Below are positions 8,918 through 18,997 of a DNA stretch of 64,000 nt, piece after piece; the first letter of the stretch is position 1, and the number at the start of each line of letters is the position of its first letter. The position numbers and the translations under genes are program-made. The stretch comes from an uncultured delta proteobacterium. Lineage in GTDB: Bacteria > Desulfobacterota > Zymogenia > Zymogenales > Zymogenaceae. The stretch covers positions 64,001 through 128,000 of the forward strand of contig CAWBYW010000018.1 in assembly GCA_963792965.1 (NCBI GenBank). The letters are read 5' to 3'. A model generated the notes under the pieces. It was not told the origin of the DNA and did not search any database. It saw only the letters and a program-made list of their open reading frames with translations.

Positions 8918-9916
8918 ATGGAAGAAGACAGGATACTCCTTGCCCACGGCGGCGGCGGGATTTTGACACGCGAGCTCATCGAGCGGCTCATCGCCCCGGC
9001 GTTTGGGACGGATCCCCATGCGCTCCCCGACGCCGCCGCCGTCCCCGGTATGGACAACCTCCTTTTCACCACCGACTCCTTCGTGGTGAAACCCCTTCAG
9101 TTTCCCGGCGGCGACATCGGGAGCCTTGCCGTCCATGGCACGGTCAATGATCTTGCCGTCTCGGGGGCCCAGCCCATCGCCCTCTCGCTTTCCCTCATCA
9201 TCGAGGAGGGGCTGGAAGTTTCACTGCTCAAACGGATCATCGAATCGGCCGCGGCCGCGGCCCGTGCGTGCGGGGTGACCGTCGTCACCGGGGACACGAA
9301 GGTCGTCGCCCATGGAGAGGCCGATCAGCTCTTTATCACCACCGCGGGGGTGGGAAAGAGATTGATTACTACCGACCCCCGGTCAATGCGCGAGGGCGAC
9401 AGGGTAATCGTCAGCGGCCCGATCGCCGAGCACGGGATCGCCGTGATAAGCCGGCGTGAGGGGATCGATTTCGAGACGGAGGTGGTATCGGACTCCGCGC
9501 CCGTCTGGCCCTTGGTGCGGGCGCTGATCGAGGGCGGGATCGATATTCGCGTCATGCGCGACCCGACCAGGGGCGGGCTTGCGGCCTGCCTCGTAGAGCT
9601 TGCCGACGACGGCAACGTCACCGTCGAGCTCGACGAGCGCCAGATACCCGTTCGCCCGCAGGTCCTGGCGGCATGCGAGATGCTGGGGCTGGATCCCCTC
9701 ACCGTCGCCAACGAGGGCAAGCTCGTCGTCTTCCTGGCCGAGAAAGACGCCGGCCGGGCCGTCGAGATCATACGTGGTGTCTCGGGCGGGAACGCCGCCT
9801 CGATCATCGGCAGGGTCGTCAAGAGGGGGAGGAGCCCCGTGATCATGAGGACGCTGTTCGGCGGGATGCGGGTGGTAGACATGCCCTACGGTGAGGAGCT
9901 GCCGCGCATTTGCTGA
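8918..9916 (+). CDS. hypE: Hydrogenase maturation carbamoyl dehydratase
   Basis: LAHGGGG, TTDSFVVKPL.FPGGDIG, GTVNDL, RDPTRGG, ANEGK and C-terminal PRIC. Confidence 0.97.
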   Translation: MEEDRILLAHGGGGILTRELIERLIAPAFGTDPHALPDAAAVPGMDNLLFTTDSFVVKPLQFPGGDIGSLAVHGTVNDLAVSGAQPIALSLSLIIEEGLEVSLLKRIIESAAAAARACGVTVVTGDTKVVAHGEADQLFITTAGVGKRLITTDPRSMREGDRVIVSGPIAEHGIAVISRREGIDFETEVVSDSAPVWPLVRALIEGGIDIRVMRDPTRGGLAACLVELADDGNVTVELDERQIPVRPQVLAACEMLGLDPLTVANEGKLVVFLAEKDAGRAVEIIRGVSGGNAASIIGRVVKRGRSPVIMRTLFGGMRVVDMPYGEELPRIC

Positions 9917-10025
9917 AGAAGCGGGGGCCGATAGCCCCTCGCGCCCCGTTTGTCCCCGGCGGCCAAAATTCTCATGCTACCTCGCCCTTTGTCCGAGCCG
10001 CCGATCCGCGCAGATAGATAGAGGA

Positions 10026-11159
10026 CTATTTTCTCCTGCCCGTGATCCCGATCTCGACAAGCGTGATCAAGAGAAAGACGGCCAGCGCCTGGACGATGAG
10101 CGTCATGGCCACGGAGAATTCGACATTCCTCAGCGCCAGGGTGGAAAGGCCGAGTATCACGTTGACGAGCACAAGGAAACCGACCGTAAGACCCTTGCCG
10201 CCTAATATCGTCTCCAGCCTGTGGTGAACATGATCACGGCCCACAAAGGCCAGAAGCTCACGCACACCCTTGACCTTCCCGGACGTAATGCGGGAGATGT
10301 TCGTATATGCCATATCGTAAATTAGGACCCCGAATATGAGGAGCGGGGTCGAAAAGGAAACGAGCGGATCATTGTTCGACCATTCTCCAATGAGCGCCAG
10401 GCACGCGAGCACAAATCCGAAAAATGAGCTCCCCGCGTCGCCGAGGAAGATCAGCGCCCTTCTTTTCGGTATGAAGTTGTAGGGAAAGAAACCCAGCGCC
10501 GCACCCAGAAGAACCACGGAGAGCCACCCGAGCTCCGGTTGGTAGGTGAGAAACGCGATCACGCCCAAAAAGAAGGAGATCGTTATGGCGATCCCCGCAC
10601 ACAGCCCGTCCATCCCGTCGATGAAGTTCATGGCGTTGGTGATCCCGACGATCCAGAGAAAGCTCAACAACAGGTTGAGGGCCTGTCCGATCGCCGTGGG
10701 GTAAAAGATGTGCACCTGCACCCCCGCGGTCGCGACCATGATAAAGGCCGCCGCCTGGGCAAGAAGCCTGATCCATTCCGTGACCCCGAGCCAATCCTCA
10801 AGTATTCCGACAAAAAGGATGATCAGGGAGGCCGAGATCACCGTGATGAGGACGGGAGTGATGATGCCGTTGAGAAATAGTGCAAGGATAAACGACAGGA
10901 AGACCGCCAGCCCTCCCAACAGGGGCGTCGGCGCCTCGTGGTCCTTTCTCCCCCCGGGGATATCCATGATACCTAAGCGCACTGACAACCGCCCGGCCGG
11001 AGGGACAAAGACGAACGAAGCGACGGTCGAGAACGACAGAAGCCATATCCACCGATGGCCCATCTCCGAAAAGAAACGAAACACCGGCGGCAGCAGCAGA
11101 AGAAGCATAACAACAAGGCCGCCCACCCAGAGCGGGCCGAACATCCGTTTCATATTCAC
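10026..11159 (-). CDS. MraY/WecA-family undecaprenyl-phosphate sugar-1-phosphate transferase
   Basis: RKDHEAPTPLLGG, NAMNFIDGMDGL, IFLGDAGS, DHVHHRL; polytopic. Confidence 0.9.
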   Translation of the reverse strand: MNMKRMFGPLWVGGLVVMLLLLLPPVFRFFSEMGHRWIWLLSFSTVASFVFVPPAGRLSVRLGIMDIPGGRKDHEAPTPLLGGLAVFLSFILALFLNGIITPVLITVISASLIILFVGILEDWLGVTEWIRLLAQAAAFIMVATAGVQVHIFYPTAIGQALNLLLSFLWIVGITNAMNFIDGMDGLCAGIAITISFFLGVIAFLTYQPELGWLSVVLLGAALGFFPYNFIPKRRALIFLGDAGSSFFGFVLACLALIGEWSNNDPLVSFSTPLLIFGVLIYDMAYTNISRITSGKVKGVRELLAFVGRDHVHHRLETILGGKGLTVGFLVLVNVILGLSTLALRNVEFSVAMTLIVQALAVFLLITLVEIGITGRRK

Positions 11160-12242
11160 ATCCCAAGAACCGTCAGAAGTTCGCGCGTGACTCGTTTTTG
11201 TTCCCCGATCGTCAGTGTTGGGTAGATCGGGATCGAGACATCTTCGTGATACGCCTTTTCCGTGCCGGAAAGCCCTTCCGTTCCCGTGTACCGATACAGC
11301 TGTCTGAATACGGGCCGCCGCGCCGCTATCCCCTTCCCGTTGAGTCTCTCGATGATCGCCTGTGCGCCCCGCCGCGCTTTAACGATGAAGCGATAATGGA
11401 TGTCTTCACCCGGCGGCGCGGGAAAAGGCAGAACGACGCCGCCCGGGGAGAGTCTCTGAACATATTGGTGGTATATCTCTTGTCTCTTGGCGAGGAAATC
11501 ATCGAGCCGGACAAGCTGGCTCAGTCCGAGCGCCGCCTGAAAAGAGGTCATCCCATAGGGAAGGGCAAGGGCCTCGTCTTCCCTCTCGTCATACCGCGTC
11601 AGGTCCCGGACGCGTTCGATGATCGTGCGCTCGGACGATGCAACCATCCCGCCGCGGCCTGTCGTGATGACTTTTGTGGCGTAAAAAAGAGAAAACCGAG
11701 ACCGTTCCCCGGCTCCCAAGGGGTCTTCTCCGATAGCTTCCCCCAAGCGACTGGGCGCAGTCCTCGATGACCGGCACACCAAGCGCGACAATCTCATCGA
11801 TGGGGGCGGCCCTCCCGAAAAGGTGGACCGCGATGATCGCCCGCGTCCTCCTCGTCATCGCAGATTTGATGTGATGGGCCGTGCTGATGCCGGCCTCGGG
11901 GTCTACGTCGGCCAGGACCGGCCGGGCTCCCACATACCGGACCGCATAAAGCGGCGCGGCGCAGACATAGGCCGGGAGGATCACCTCGTCTCCCGGCCCG
12001 ACCCCGAGGGCGGCAAGCGCCAGGTGAATGGCGGCGGTCCCCGACGAGACCGCGCACGAGTAGGCACAACCCACCCGCTGTGCCACGGCCGCCTCGAATG
12101 CCGAAACCTCGGGACCGAAGGCAAGTTTGCCGGTCATCACCGAGCGAGCCGCCGCCTCGGCGTCCCCCCGGCTGATCGACGGCCGAGAATGCGGGATCGT
12201 GCCCGGTGTGTCCGGATCACCGTATGTACGATCGGGCCTCAT
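11156..12242 (-). CDS. DegT/DnrJ/EryC1/StrS PLP-dependent sugar aminotransferase (apparent frameshift at ~11685)
   Basis: SSGTAA, VHLFG, EDCAQ in one frame; SFYATK.ITTG in the other; join at an A6 run where A5 restores the frame. Confidence 0.85.
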
Positions 12243-12244
12243 CT

Positions 12245-12859
12245 TTACAGGTTGATCATCAGTCGCTCGGGACAAAACCCCTCCGCGTATCGGATCCGCG
12301 CCTGGATCCCTCTAAAATTGGCCAGAGATTTAGCGATCTCGAGAATAGAGAGCCCCTCGATATTCGTTTTCATCATCTGGGAGTGATGCGCCTCGAGCGC
12401 TTCCTTCTTGATGTCAATGAACCTCTCGATATCGATAAAGACCGTGGGGGTGAAGTTCTGCGTCGAGGGGACCTCGTAGTACATGACGTTCCTGACGTAG
12501 CGCGCCGCCGATTTCAGGGCCCTCGCCAGCTCCCGGTGGTCCTGATGCGTATCGTCCCAATAGTTCACGAAGATCATGTTCGGCTTCACCTCCTGGATGA
12601 CCCGCTCAACGGTGTCGATCAGGTCTTTCTGAGGGGGCGGGAACGTATCCGGGAACCCTCCCCAGAAAACGTGCTCCGCCTTGATGACCGAACATGCGGC
12701 CTTCTGTTCCTCGGCTCGCTCTTCACCGACCCCCCCCTTCTCTCCTCTCGTCATCACCATGAGGTAGGCCGTGTGTCCGTTGCTGATGTATTTTGCCAGC
12801 GTCCCGCCGCACCCGAACTCGATGTCGTCGGGGTGCGCGCCCAATGCCAGAATATTCAT
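12245..12859 (-). CDS. PIG-L family N-acetylsugar deacetylase
   Basis: AHPDDIE, HQDH, HHSQ motifs. Confidence 0.9.
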   Translation of the reverse strand: MNILALGAHPDDIEFGCGGTLAKYISNGHTAYLMVMTRGEKGGVGEERAEEQKAACSVIKAEHVFWGGFPDTFPPPQKDLIDTVERVIQEVKPNMIFVNYWDDTHQDHRELARALKSAARYVRNVMYYEVPSTQNFTPTVFIDIERFIDIKKEALEAHHSQMMKTNIEGLSILEIAKSLANFRGIQARIRYAEGFCPERLMINL

Positions 12860-13545
12860 TAAGTCTTTTTCCCCCGTATATAGTCGATCGCCCGTTGTCC
12901 TACGTTAAAGAGAAGGTCTATCGTCGACAGGTTCGGCACAAAATCGCCGAAGAGCTGCGGATATTCGGGAGAGGTGAACTTCTGGAAAAGGAGCTCGATG
13001 TTCGCCTCACGAAAGACATCCGCGTCGATATACCCCTTGCCGCCCTCCCCGGAGAGGTACGTATCTCCGCCGAGCCGTCTCACGATCTCAAGGAGGCGCC
13101 TGTCCCGCTCGCCGGGCACCTCTCCGAGATCGGACGCGGTCACAAGCCTGGTCTCGATTCCGAGGAGCCGCGCAATCAGTGTGATGCATGCGATGTTGAG
13201 ATCCGACAGCCCCGCGCCGGGACCGCCGATGAGCTGTTCCACGTACCCGATATAGTCCCCAAAAAACGGCGCCCTTCCGTAGCAGGAGGTGACGCCCATG
13301 AGGTGCTTCTTGCGCCAGTCCACACCGTCGTTTATCCTGACCTCCCTGATGGTCTGACCGAAGCTGTGGATGACCGGGACCGTGAGCCACCGGGCCCCTC
13401 CCGGGCCCTTGATGAGGTTGCGGTTCTGGTACTCGTTTTTCTTAAACTGGACCGTGTCCAGGAAGACGAAGACGTCGGCCTTATCCATTTTATCAAAGTA
13501 CCCGGTCCAGGCCATGTACTGGGGCTGATGGATGGCGACGATCAC
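12859..13545 (-). CDS. WbqC family protein
   Basis: IHQPQY..W.GYFDK, QNRN.I, WLTVPV, YLSG.GG, LSTIDLLFN. Confidence 0.9.
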   Translation of the reverse strand: MIVAIHQPQYMAWTGYFDKMDKADVFVFLDTVQFKKNEYQNRNLIKGPGGARWLTVPVIHSFGQTIREVRINDGVDWRKKHLMGVTSCYGRAPFFGDYIGYVEQLIGGPGAGLSDLNIACITLIARLLGIETRLVTASDLGEVPGERDRRLLEIVRRLGGDTYLSGEGGKGYIDADVFREANIELLFQKFTSPEYPQLFGDFVPNLSTIDLLFNVGQRAIDYIRGKKT

Positions 13546-14711
13546 GATGCCTCCCTGAGCAGTTCCCGATAGAGCGCGGCCGTCCGCTGGACGCTCGTTT
13601 CAATCCGAAAAAGGGCGCGCGCCCTCTTGCCCCCGGCCCGGCCCATCGCACGCATTTGGTTCCTGTCGGAGAGCATCTTCACACAGGCCCGCGCAAGCGC
13701 GGGCGGCTCGTCCGGGGGCACGAGGATGCCCGTTATCCCGTCCTGGACGACCTCGGGGATGCCCCCGACGCGGCTCCCTACCACCGGGAGGGACGCGGCC
13801 ATCGCCTCGATCATGCTCATGCCGAGCCCCTCATTTCTCGACGGCATGACCAGCAGGTCCGCCGCCGACAGCAGACGCCCGACGTCTTTTCTGAAGCCGG
13901 CGAAGTGAAAATGTCCACCCACCCCGAGCTTGCGCGCCTCTTTCTTGAGCGCGCTCCGTTCGGGGCCGTCGCCGACCATGAGAAACCGGACTTCCGCCCT
14001 CCCGGGAAGTCCCTCAAGGATCTCGGGCGCCGCACGGACCAGGACATCATACCCCTTCACCGTGACGAGCCTCCCGACGCAGATAACGACGATATCTTTT
14101 TCACTCCACCCCAGCTCCCGACGGACGCCGGTCCTGTCGGCGCTGAGCACGACGGCATCGACGTCGATGCCGTTGTAGACGGTTACAAACTGTCGCCCTT
14201 CTCCAATTCCCCGCGTAAGATACTCGCGCGCCCCCGCGTCCGAAAGGGTCACGATTTTTTGGCACCAGGGCGCCGCGCACCTCTCCGCGATCGTATAGGC
14301 CAGAGTCTCCCCCGCGGAGAAATAGCCGGTAAAGATGTCGCCGTGGGGGGAGTAGACCACCCGGTGATGTCCTGCGATTCGCGCAGCGAGCCTTCCCAGG
14401 AAACCGGCCTTCGAGGTATGGGTATGGACTATATCGAAAGAGCCTCTCTTTATTAAAGCGACGAGAGAAAAAAGCGCCCTCGTGTCATGGAGGGGGGAGA
14501 GCTCTCTTCTCAGCGTCCCGAGCTCTCTGATTCGCACCGGAAGCCTTCGCGCCTCGGGGAAGAGGTCGCGTCCGCGCCGCGTCGGGCCCACGGCCAGCGT
14601 CTGGGAGAATTCGTCGGGATCGAGCCGTGCCATCAGGTCCAGCAGGACACGCGGCGCCCCGCCCTCTTCCATCCGGGTGATGATGTGCAGGATTTCGATC
14701 TTTTTTCTCAT
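13542..14711 (-). CDS. GT4 glycosyltransferase
   Basis: HTHTSKAG, VGRLV.VKG, PSRNEGLG..IEAMA. Confidence 0.9.
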   Translation of the reverse strand: MRKKIEILHIITRMEEGGAPRVLLDLMARLDPDEFSQTLAVGPTRRGRDLFPEARRLPVRIRELGTLRRELSPLHDTRALFSLVALIKRGSFDIVHTHTSKAGFLGRLAARIAGHHRVVYSPHGDIFTGYFSAGETLAYTIAERCAAPWCQKIVTLSDAGAREYLTRGIGEGRQFVTVYNGIDVDAVVLSADRTGVRRELGWSEKDIVVICVGRLVTVKGYDVLVRAAPEILEGLPGRAEVRFLMVGDGPERSALKKEARKLGVGGHFHFAGFRKDVGRLLSAADLLVMPSRNEGLGMSMIEAMAASLPVVGSRVGGIPEVVQDGITGILVPPDEPPALARACVKMLSDRNQMRAMGRAGGKRARALFRIETSVQRTAALYRELLREAS

Positions 14712-14766
14712 ACTCTCAGGCACCATCGCACACCGCGGGGAAATCTCATGTGCCGTAAGGTCCCGA

Positions 14767-15918
14767 TCAAAACCGATACAGCTCCGTGCAGCGGATACAC
14801 GCCGGGAAGTGCCCCCGCCTTTTCACCTCCCTCCGGTACCGAACGTAGCGGTCGTTGTTCCAGATCGTCGTGAACCGCTCCTCCCTGATGTTTCCCATCA
14901 CAACCCCGTTGGAAAGGCACGGCCCCACTGCGCCATCGGGAAAAACATAGGCGACCATCCAGGGGCTCATGCAGGATGGTGAATAGCTTTCGGGGGAAAA
15001 GTTAAAAGAGGTATAGTAGGCAATAACCTCGTCATCGGTGAGGTTGGGGTAGACCGAGGCCCCCCGGCGTCTGACCTCCCCGAGCTTTCTGATCAGTACC
15101 CCCGGATCGATGGCGGGGAGACGCTCGACGACGAACCCCCGCCAGTCGCACTCGGCAATACCGAAGGTGTCCTCCATCACCTCGCGGTGGGTCGCGTAGG
15201 TATTTTGGTCGATGAATATCAGATGATGAAAGGTAACGTCCTCGGCTCCGAGGCGCCGCGCCGTTTCGAGGGTCTTTTCCATTGACTCGTAGTTGAAGTC
15301 GAATATCGTGCTGTTGACGTTGACCACCGGCGATCGGGAATGTGCGCGCGTCTTCTCCTCGGAAAGCTCGGCAAATCCACGCTCGGCGTCCCGAAAGACG
15401 CCACTCCTGTTGCGTACCCGATCGTGGATCTCGGGCGGACCGTCAAGGGAAAAGATGATCTCGTCAAGCCCCGCCCCCACGAGGCCGCGGGCGTACCGGG
15501 CAAGGAGTGTCCCGTTCGTAATGAGGTTGACCCTGAGGCCGCCGTCTTTGATCAGCCGTACGACATCGATGATATCCCTGTGGAGGAGCGGCTCCCCGCC
15601 GAAGAGCGTGATCGCGGGGGAAAAGCCACCGACCTGCCCGACGATGGCGCGGACGTCATCGAGCGACAGCTGTCGGCTCCTTTGTTCGGCGCTCAACCCG
15701 AGCGAGGCGCCCCCCTCCCCCCACTGGCCGCACATCGTGCAGCGCAGGTTACAGCGGTAGGAAAGAAGGAGCGACACCGTCTCCGGCGGCGCGCTGCGGC
15801 CACGTCCCAGGTGATACGAGAGGGTCGACCGGGCCCGTTTGACAAAGACGCGCGCGGCATATCCGGGAAACTGCCTGGCCTTCCTCAGGTTTCTCCTGAT
15901 GTTTCGTGCGGAGATCAC
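14767..15918 (-). CDS. Radical SAM protein with SPASM/Twitch domain
   Basis: CNLRCTMC, GGEP, TNG; C-terminal CMSPW..DGAVGPC...CIRC. Confidence 0.9.
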   Translation of the reverse strand: MISARNIRRNLRKARQFPGYAARVFVKRARSTLSYHLGRGRSAPPETVSLLLSYRCNLRCTMCGQWGEGGASLGLSAEQRSRQLSLDDVRAIVGQVGGFSPAITLFGGEPLLHRDIIDVVRLIKDGGLRVNLITNGTLLARYARGLVGAGLDEIIFSLDGPPEIHDRVRNRSGVFRDAERGFAELSEEKTRAHSRSPVVNVNSTIFDFNYESMEKTLETARRLGAEDVTFHHLIFIDQNTYATHREVMEDTFGIAECDWRGFVVERLPAIDPGVLIRKLGEVRRRGASVYPNLTDDEVIAYYTSFNFSPESYSPSCMSPWMVAYVFPDGAVGPCLSNGVVMGNIREERFTTIWNNDRYVRYRREVKRRGHFPACIRCTELYRF

Positions 15919-17288
15919 TTCCCCTTTTCCTTTCCCGTCATATACTGGTCACGCTGCAGATCATTGGGAGAGTAGTACTTCTGTCCCTTGCGCAAATAGT
16001 CGGAGAGGGTCCGGGTGATGCACGGAATCAGGAGCGCGACCACGGCCGCCACCACGAGTATGATGAGGTAGACCCGTAGTCTCCTGCGTCTTCGTGTCAT
16101 TTTCGTCATAGTCGCCTTCCGTATGGTTTCGATCATAATCTCAAGGTCTCCTCCCGACACCAACGGGTGGGTCGGAAGCACCACGAGGTGACGGGCAAGA
16201 TAGGTCGCCTCGGGAAACGGGTCGGGAGACAAACGGTAGCCGAGATCATAGACGTGGTGGACGGGCTTCTCGTACATCCGGGCCGTGTCTATCCCTCGAT
16301 CGAGGAGCGCTTTCCTGACCTTCTCTATCGCCACGTCATCCTCAATAAGGATCGGGAAATGGTTGAACGAGGGAACGGTTCCCCTCACGATCTCGGGCAC
16401 CCTGATCCCGCCAACATTCGAGAGGGCCGCCAGGAGTGCCCTCCCGTTTCTGACCCGTTTCTCGGTCTGCGCGCCCATCTCCCTGGTCTGCACGAGGCCC
16501 AGCCGCGCGGCAAACGGCGTCGCGCGGGAAGGCTCAAAGTGCGTGTGTACCGAGGTCGATTTGAAAAGGCCGGCCAGCGGTAAGAGGGAACCGTATACCC
16601 CGGGCCTCACCGCCCATGAGAGGAGCACAAGCGTGAAAAGGAGCCGCGCGTCAAATATTAGGCCGGGAAGTCGGATCTTCAGTATCTCCTCCTCGATCAG
16701 GCCAGCTATATCCTCCCTATCCGTCGTGATGACGCCCCCGCGAAAGGTAGAGATGATCTTTCCCTTGCAGAGCGAAAAGAACCCGATATCCCCCCCGGCG
16801 CCCACGCGCCGTCCCTCAACTTCCGCCCCCGGGGCCTGGGCCGCGTCCTCTACGACAAAGAAGCCTCCACGCCGCGCCGCGTCCCGTATCGGCGCAAGGT
16901 CCATCGGAAAGCCGAACGTGTGCACGGGGACGACCGCGAGCGTTCTCCCCGTCACGGAATGGTCGAGGCTGACCGGATCGAGATTGAAAGTCTTCGGTGA
17001 AATATCGGAGAGCCGCGTCGTCAGCCCCGCCCGACGGATGGCCAGCGTCAGTGTCGGGACCGTATAGGCGGGCAGGACCACCTCGGTCTTGCCCGAGAGT
17101 TTTCTCAGGGCCGAGAGGATGACAAAGAGCGCCGACGTCCCTGACCCGACCAGAAAGGCGCGCCGCGCCCCCACGTATCGTGCGAAGGCGGCCTCGAACG
17201 CGGCGATGTCGTTGCCCCCTTTCCCGAAGACACAGCCGAGGGTGTCGTACGTGTTTGCATAAAAAGAATTGGTCGGAACCACCCTCAT
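15915..17288 (-). CDS. DegT/DnrJ family aminotransferase, read through into a basic single-TM C-terminal segment
   Basis: Start ATG 17288 overlaps upstream stop; GSGTSAL, VHTFG, EDAAQA, FFSLCKGK, LPTHP; tail MTRRRRRLRVYLIILVVAAVVALLI. Confidence 0.8.
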   Translation of the reverse strand: MRVVPTNSFYANTYDTLGCVFGKGGNDIAAFEAAFARYVGARRAFLVGSGTSALFVILSALRKLSGKTEVVLPAYTVPTLTLAIRRAGLTTRLSDISPKTFNLDPVSLDHSVTGRTLAVVPVHTFGFPMDLAPIRDAARRGGFFVVEDAAQAPGAEVEGRRVGAGGDIGFFSLCKGKIISTFRGGVITTDREDIAGLIEEEILKIRLPGLIFDARLLFTLVLLSWAVRPGVYGSLLPLAGLFKSTSVHTHFEPSRATPFAARLGLVQTREMGAQTEKRVRNGRALLAALSNVGGIRVPEIVRGTVPSFNHFPILIEDDVAIEKVRKALLDRGIDTARMYEKPVHHVYDLGYRLSPDPFPEATYLARHLVVLPTHPLVSGGDLEIMIETIRKATMTKMTRRRRRLRVYLIILVVAAVVALLIPCITRTLSDYLRKGQKYYSPNDLQRDQYMTGKEKGK

Positions 17289-17950
17289 CGCACCGCCTCT
17301 ATCACGTAGGCGCTCGGGATGGGCCAGAAAGGATAGCATACCGCCACTTTTCTGTTGACCCGAAAGCCGCTGCTCTTCAAAAGCTCTTCCACCCTCCTGA
17401 ATGAATAGGCCCGCACGGGAAGCCGTTTCGTCGAGGGATCGATGACCGTCGAAAACCGGTAGGCCCAACAAATCAGGGGGTCCCGGCCATTTCTGATGTC
17501 GAACAGGATGCTCCCCCCCCGGTCCGCAAGCGCGCACATTGCCCGGATGACGGCGGCCGCCTCTTCCCACGACGGCTGATTGTGAAGTGTGTTGATGCAT
17601 ATTACCCGAGAAAACACCCCCCCTTTGAAAGGAGGAAGATCGCCCCTGGCGCACACGGCAAGAAAGGAGCGGGTTCCCCCGATCCTTTTCTGTGCGGCCC
17701 TTAGATTTGCGCGCGACATATCCAGGCCGATCATTTGCGCTGTTTTCCCCCACGAGACCACCGACTCGGCCAGGAGCCCTTCTCCCACCCCCACTTCGAG
17801 ACACGACGAATCGTGACCGTCCGAAAGGAGCGAGAGCGCCGTCTTCCTGATCCGATCTGAGAGGGGTCCCCTCGAGAGGTCCGGGCCGCTGCCCCCGCGC
17901 GCCTTCAAAAAGAGGCGGGCGATGATCCCCGAGGGCCTTACCATGGGCAA
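17285..17950 (-). CDS. Class I SAM-dependent methyltransferase
   Basis: LEVGVGEG, GLDMS, LPPFKGGVFSRV. Confidence 0.8.
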   Translation of the reverse strand: MPMVRPSGIIARLFLKARGGSGPDLSRGPLSDRIRKTALSLLSDGHDSSCLEVGVGEGLLAESVVSWGKTAQMIGLDMSRANLRAAQKRIGGTRSFLAVCARGDLPPFKGGVFSRVICINTLHNQPSWEEAAAVIRAMCALADRGGSILFDIRNGRDPLICWAYRFSTVIDPSTKRLPVRAYSFRRVEELLKSSGFRVNRKVAVCYPFWPIPSAYVIEAVR

Positions 17951-17996
17951 CCGATGAGAAAGCTCCCCGCTTGTCGACGTGCAAGTGAAGACCGTG

Positions 17997-18900
17997 TCAC
18001 GCCGCCCCCCTCCTGTAAGCAGATATCCCCTCCACTAACCCGCTCATCGCCCATGGCACGATCCGCGGCTCACGGTTCTTTATCGCGGATAACGGGAGCT
18101 TGGCAACCAGATAGAGCACATACATCGGAAATAAGCCTTTCGGAAAATTCTTCAGATAAAAAAGGCACATGTTGTGTCCGTACCAAAAGAACCACTCCCG
18201 GAGACTTTTCGGCCGGCATCCCCCCACCGGCTCCCGGAGGTGGACCAGGGCCGCGTCCGGCTCGAAGACGAGACGGTAGCCCAGCTTCCTGACGCGAAGC
18301 GCCAGGTCCGTTTCCTCAAGATGTGCGCTCCCCCCGAAGCGGACATCAAACCCGCCCGCGCGCTCGATCGCCCGTTTCAGGAACGACATATTACAGCCCC
18401 GGACGTGATGGGCCTCCGCTCGCGCGTCGGCGTCGAAATGATCCAGGATCACCAGGCCACAGAACTTTACCTTCGCGATCCGTCGGGGGCTTTTCATCCC
18501 CGTCGTCGGCCGTCCGCCGGGGGGCAGCACCCTTCCGGCGACGCCGGCGACGCCGGCGACGCCGCCGTCGGCATATGCCCGGGCGTGCGCCGAAATCAGG
18601 CCGGGTCCGGGAATCACGTCATCGTCGACAAAGAGGACTACCTCGCCCTTCGCTGCCGCCACCCCGGTGTTGCGCGCACCGGGAAGGCCGGGCTGCTCCT
18701 TTCGGATGTAGCGGACACGGGCACGGTTATCTTCCATGAACCTCTCGACGTCATCGTGCGCTCCCGGCCGTCTGGTCTACCACGATGATCTCGTAATTCG
18801 GATAGTCGCCGGCAAGAAGCCCCTCCACGGTTCGGATGAGGAGCCGTCCCCTCCCGATGGTGGGAACGACTACCGAGATAAACGGGCCGCTGTCCGCCAA
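17997..18900 (-). CDS. GT2 glycosyltransferase (apparent frameshift at ~18765)
   Basis: AAAGGAG SD + TTG; ISVVVPT..YEIIVVDQ in one frame, GLPGARNTG..LFVDDD..GCNMS..EETDL in the next. Confidence 0.85.
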
Positions 18901-18997
18901 ACCGCGTCTCCTTTCGTCCGCGCCCGCACCCGCAAATCCTGCGTGGCGAGATATCGCCTATCCCACGGCCGAGGCCGACAAATCGTGGTCTCTTGCG

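Noticed and set aside
17289-17984. N-terminal 230 aa of the 689-aa ORF 15915..17984
   Set aside because: Overlaps the methyltransferase gene in another frame; real start is the coupled ATG at 17288
18536-18570. 9-bp tandem repeat encoding GVAGVAGVAG
   Set aside because: In-frame micro-duplication of a normal GT2 segment; no evidence of function
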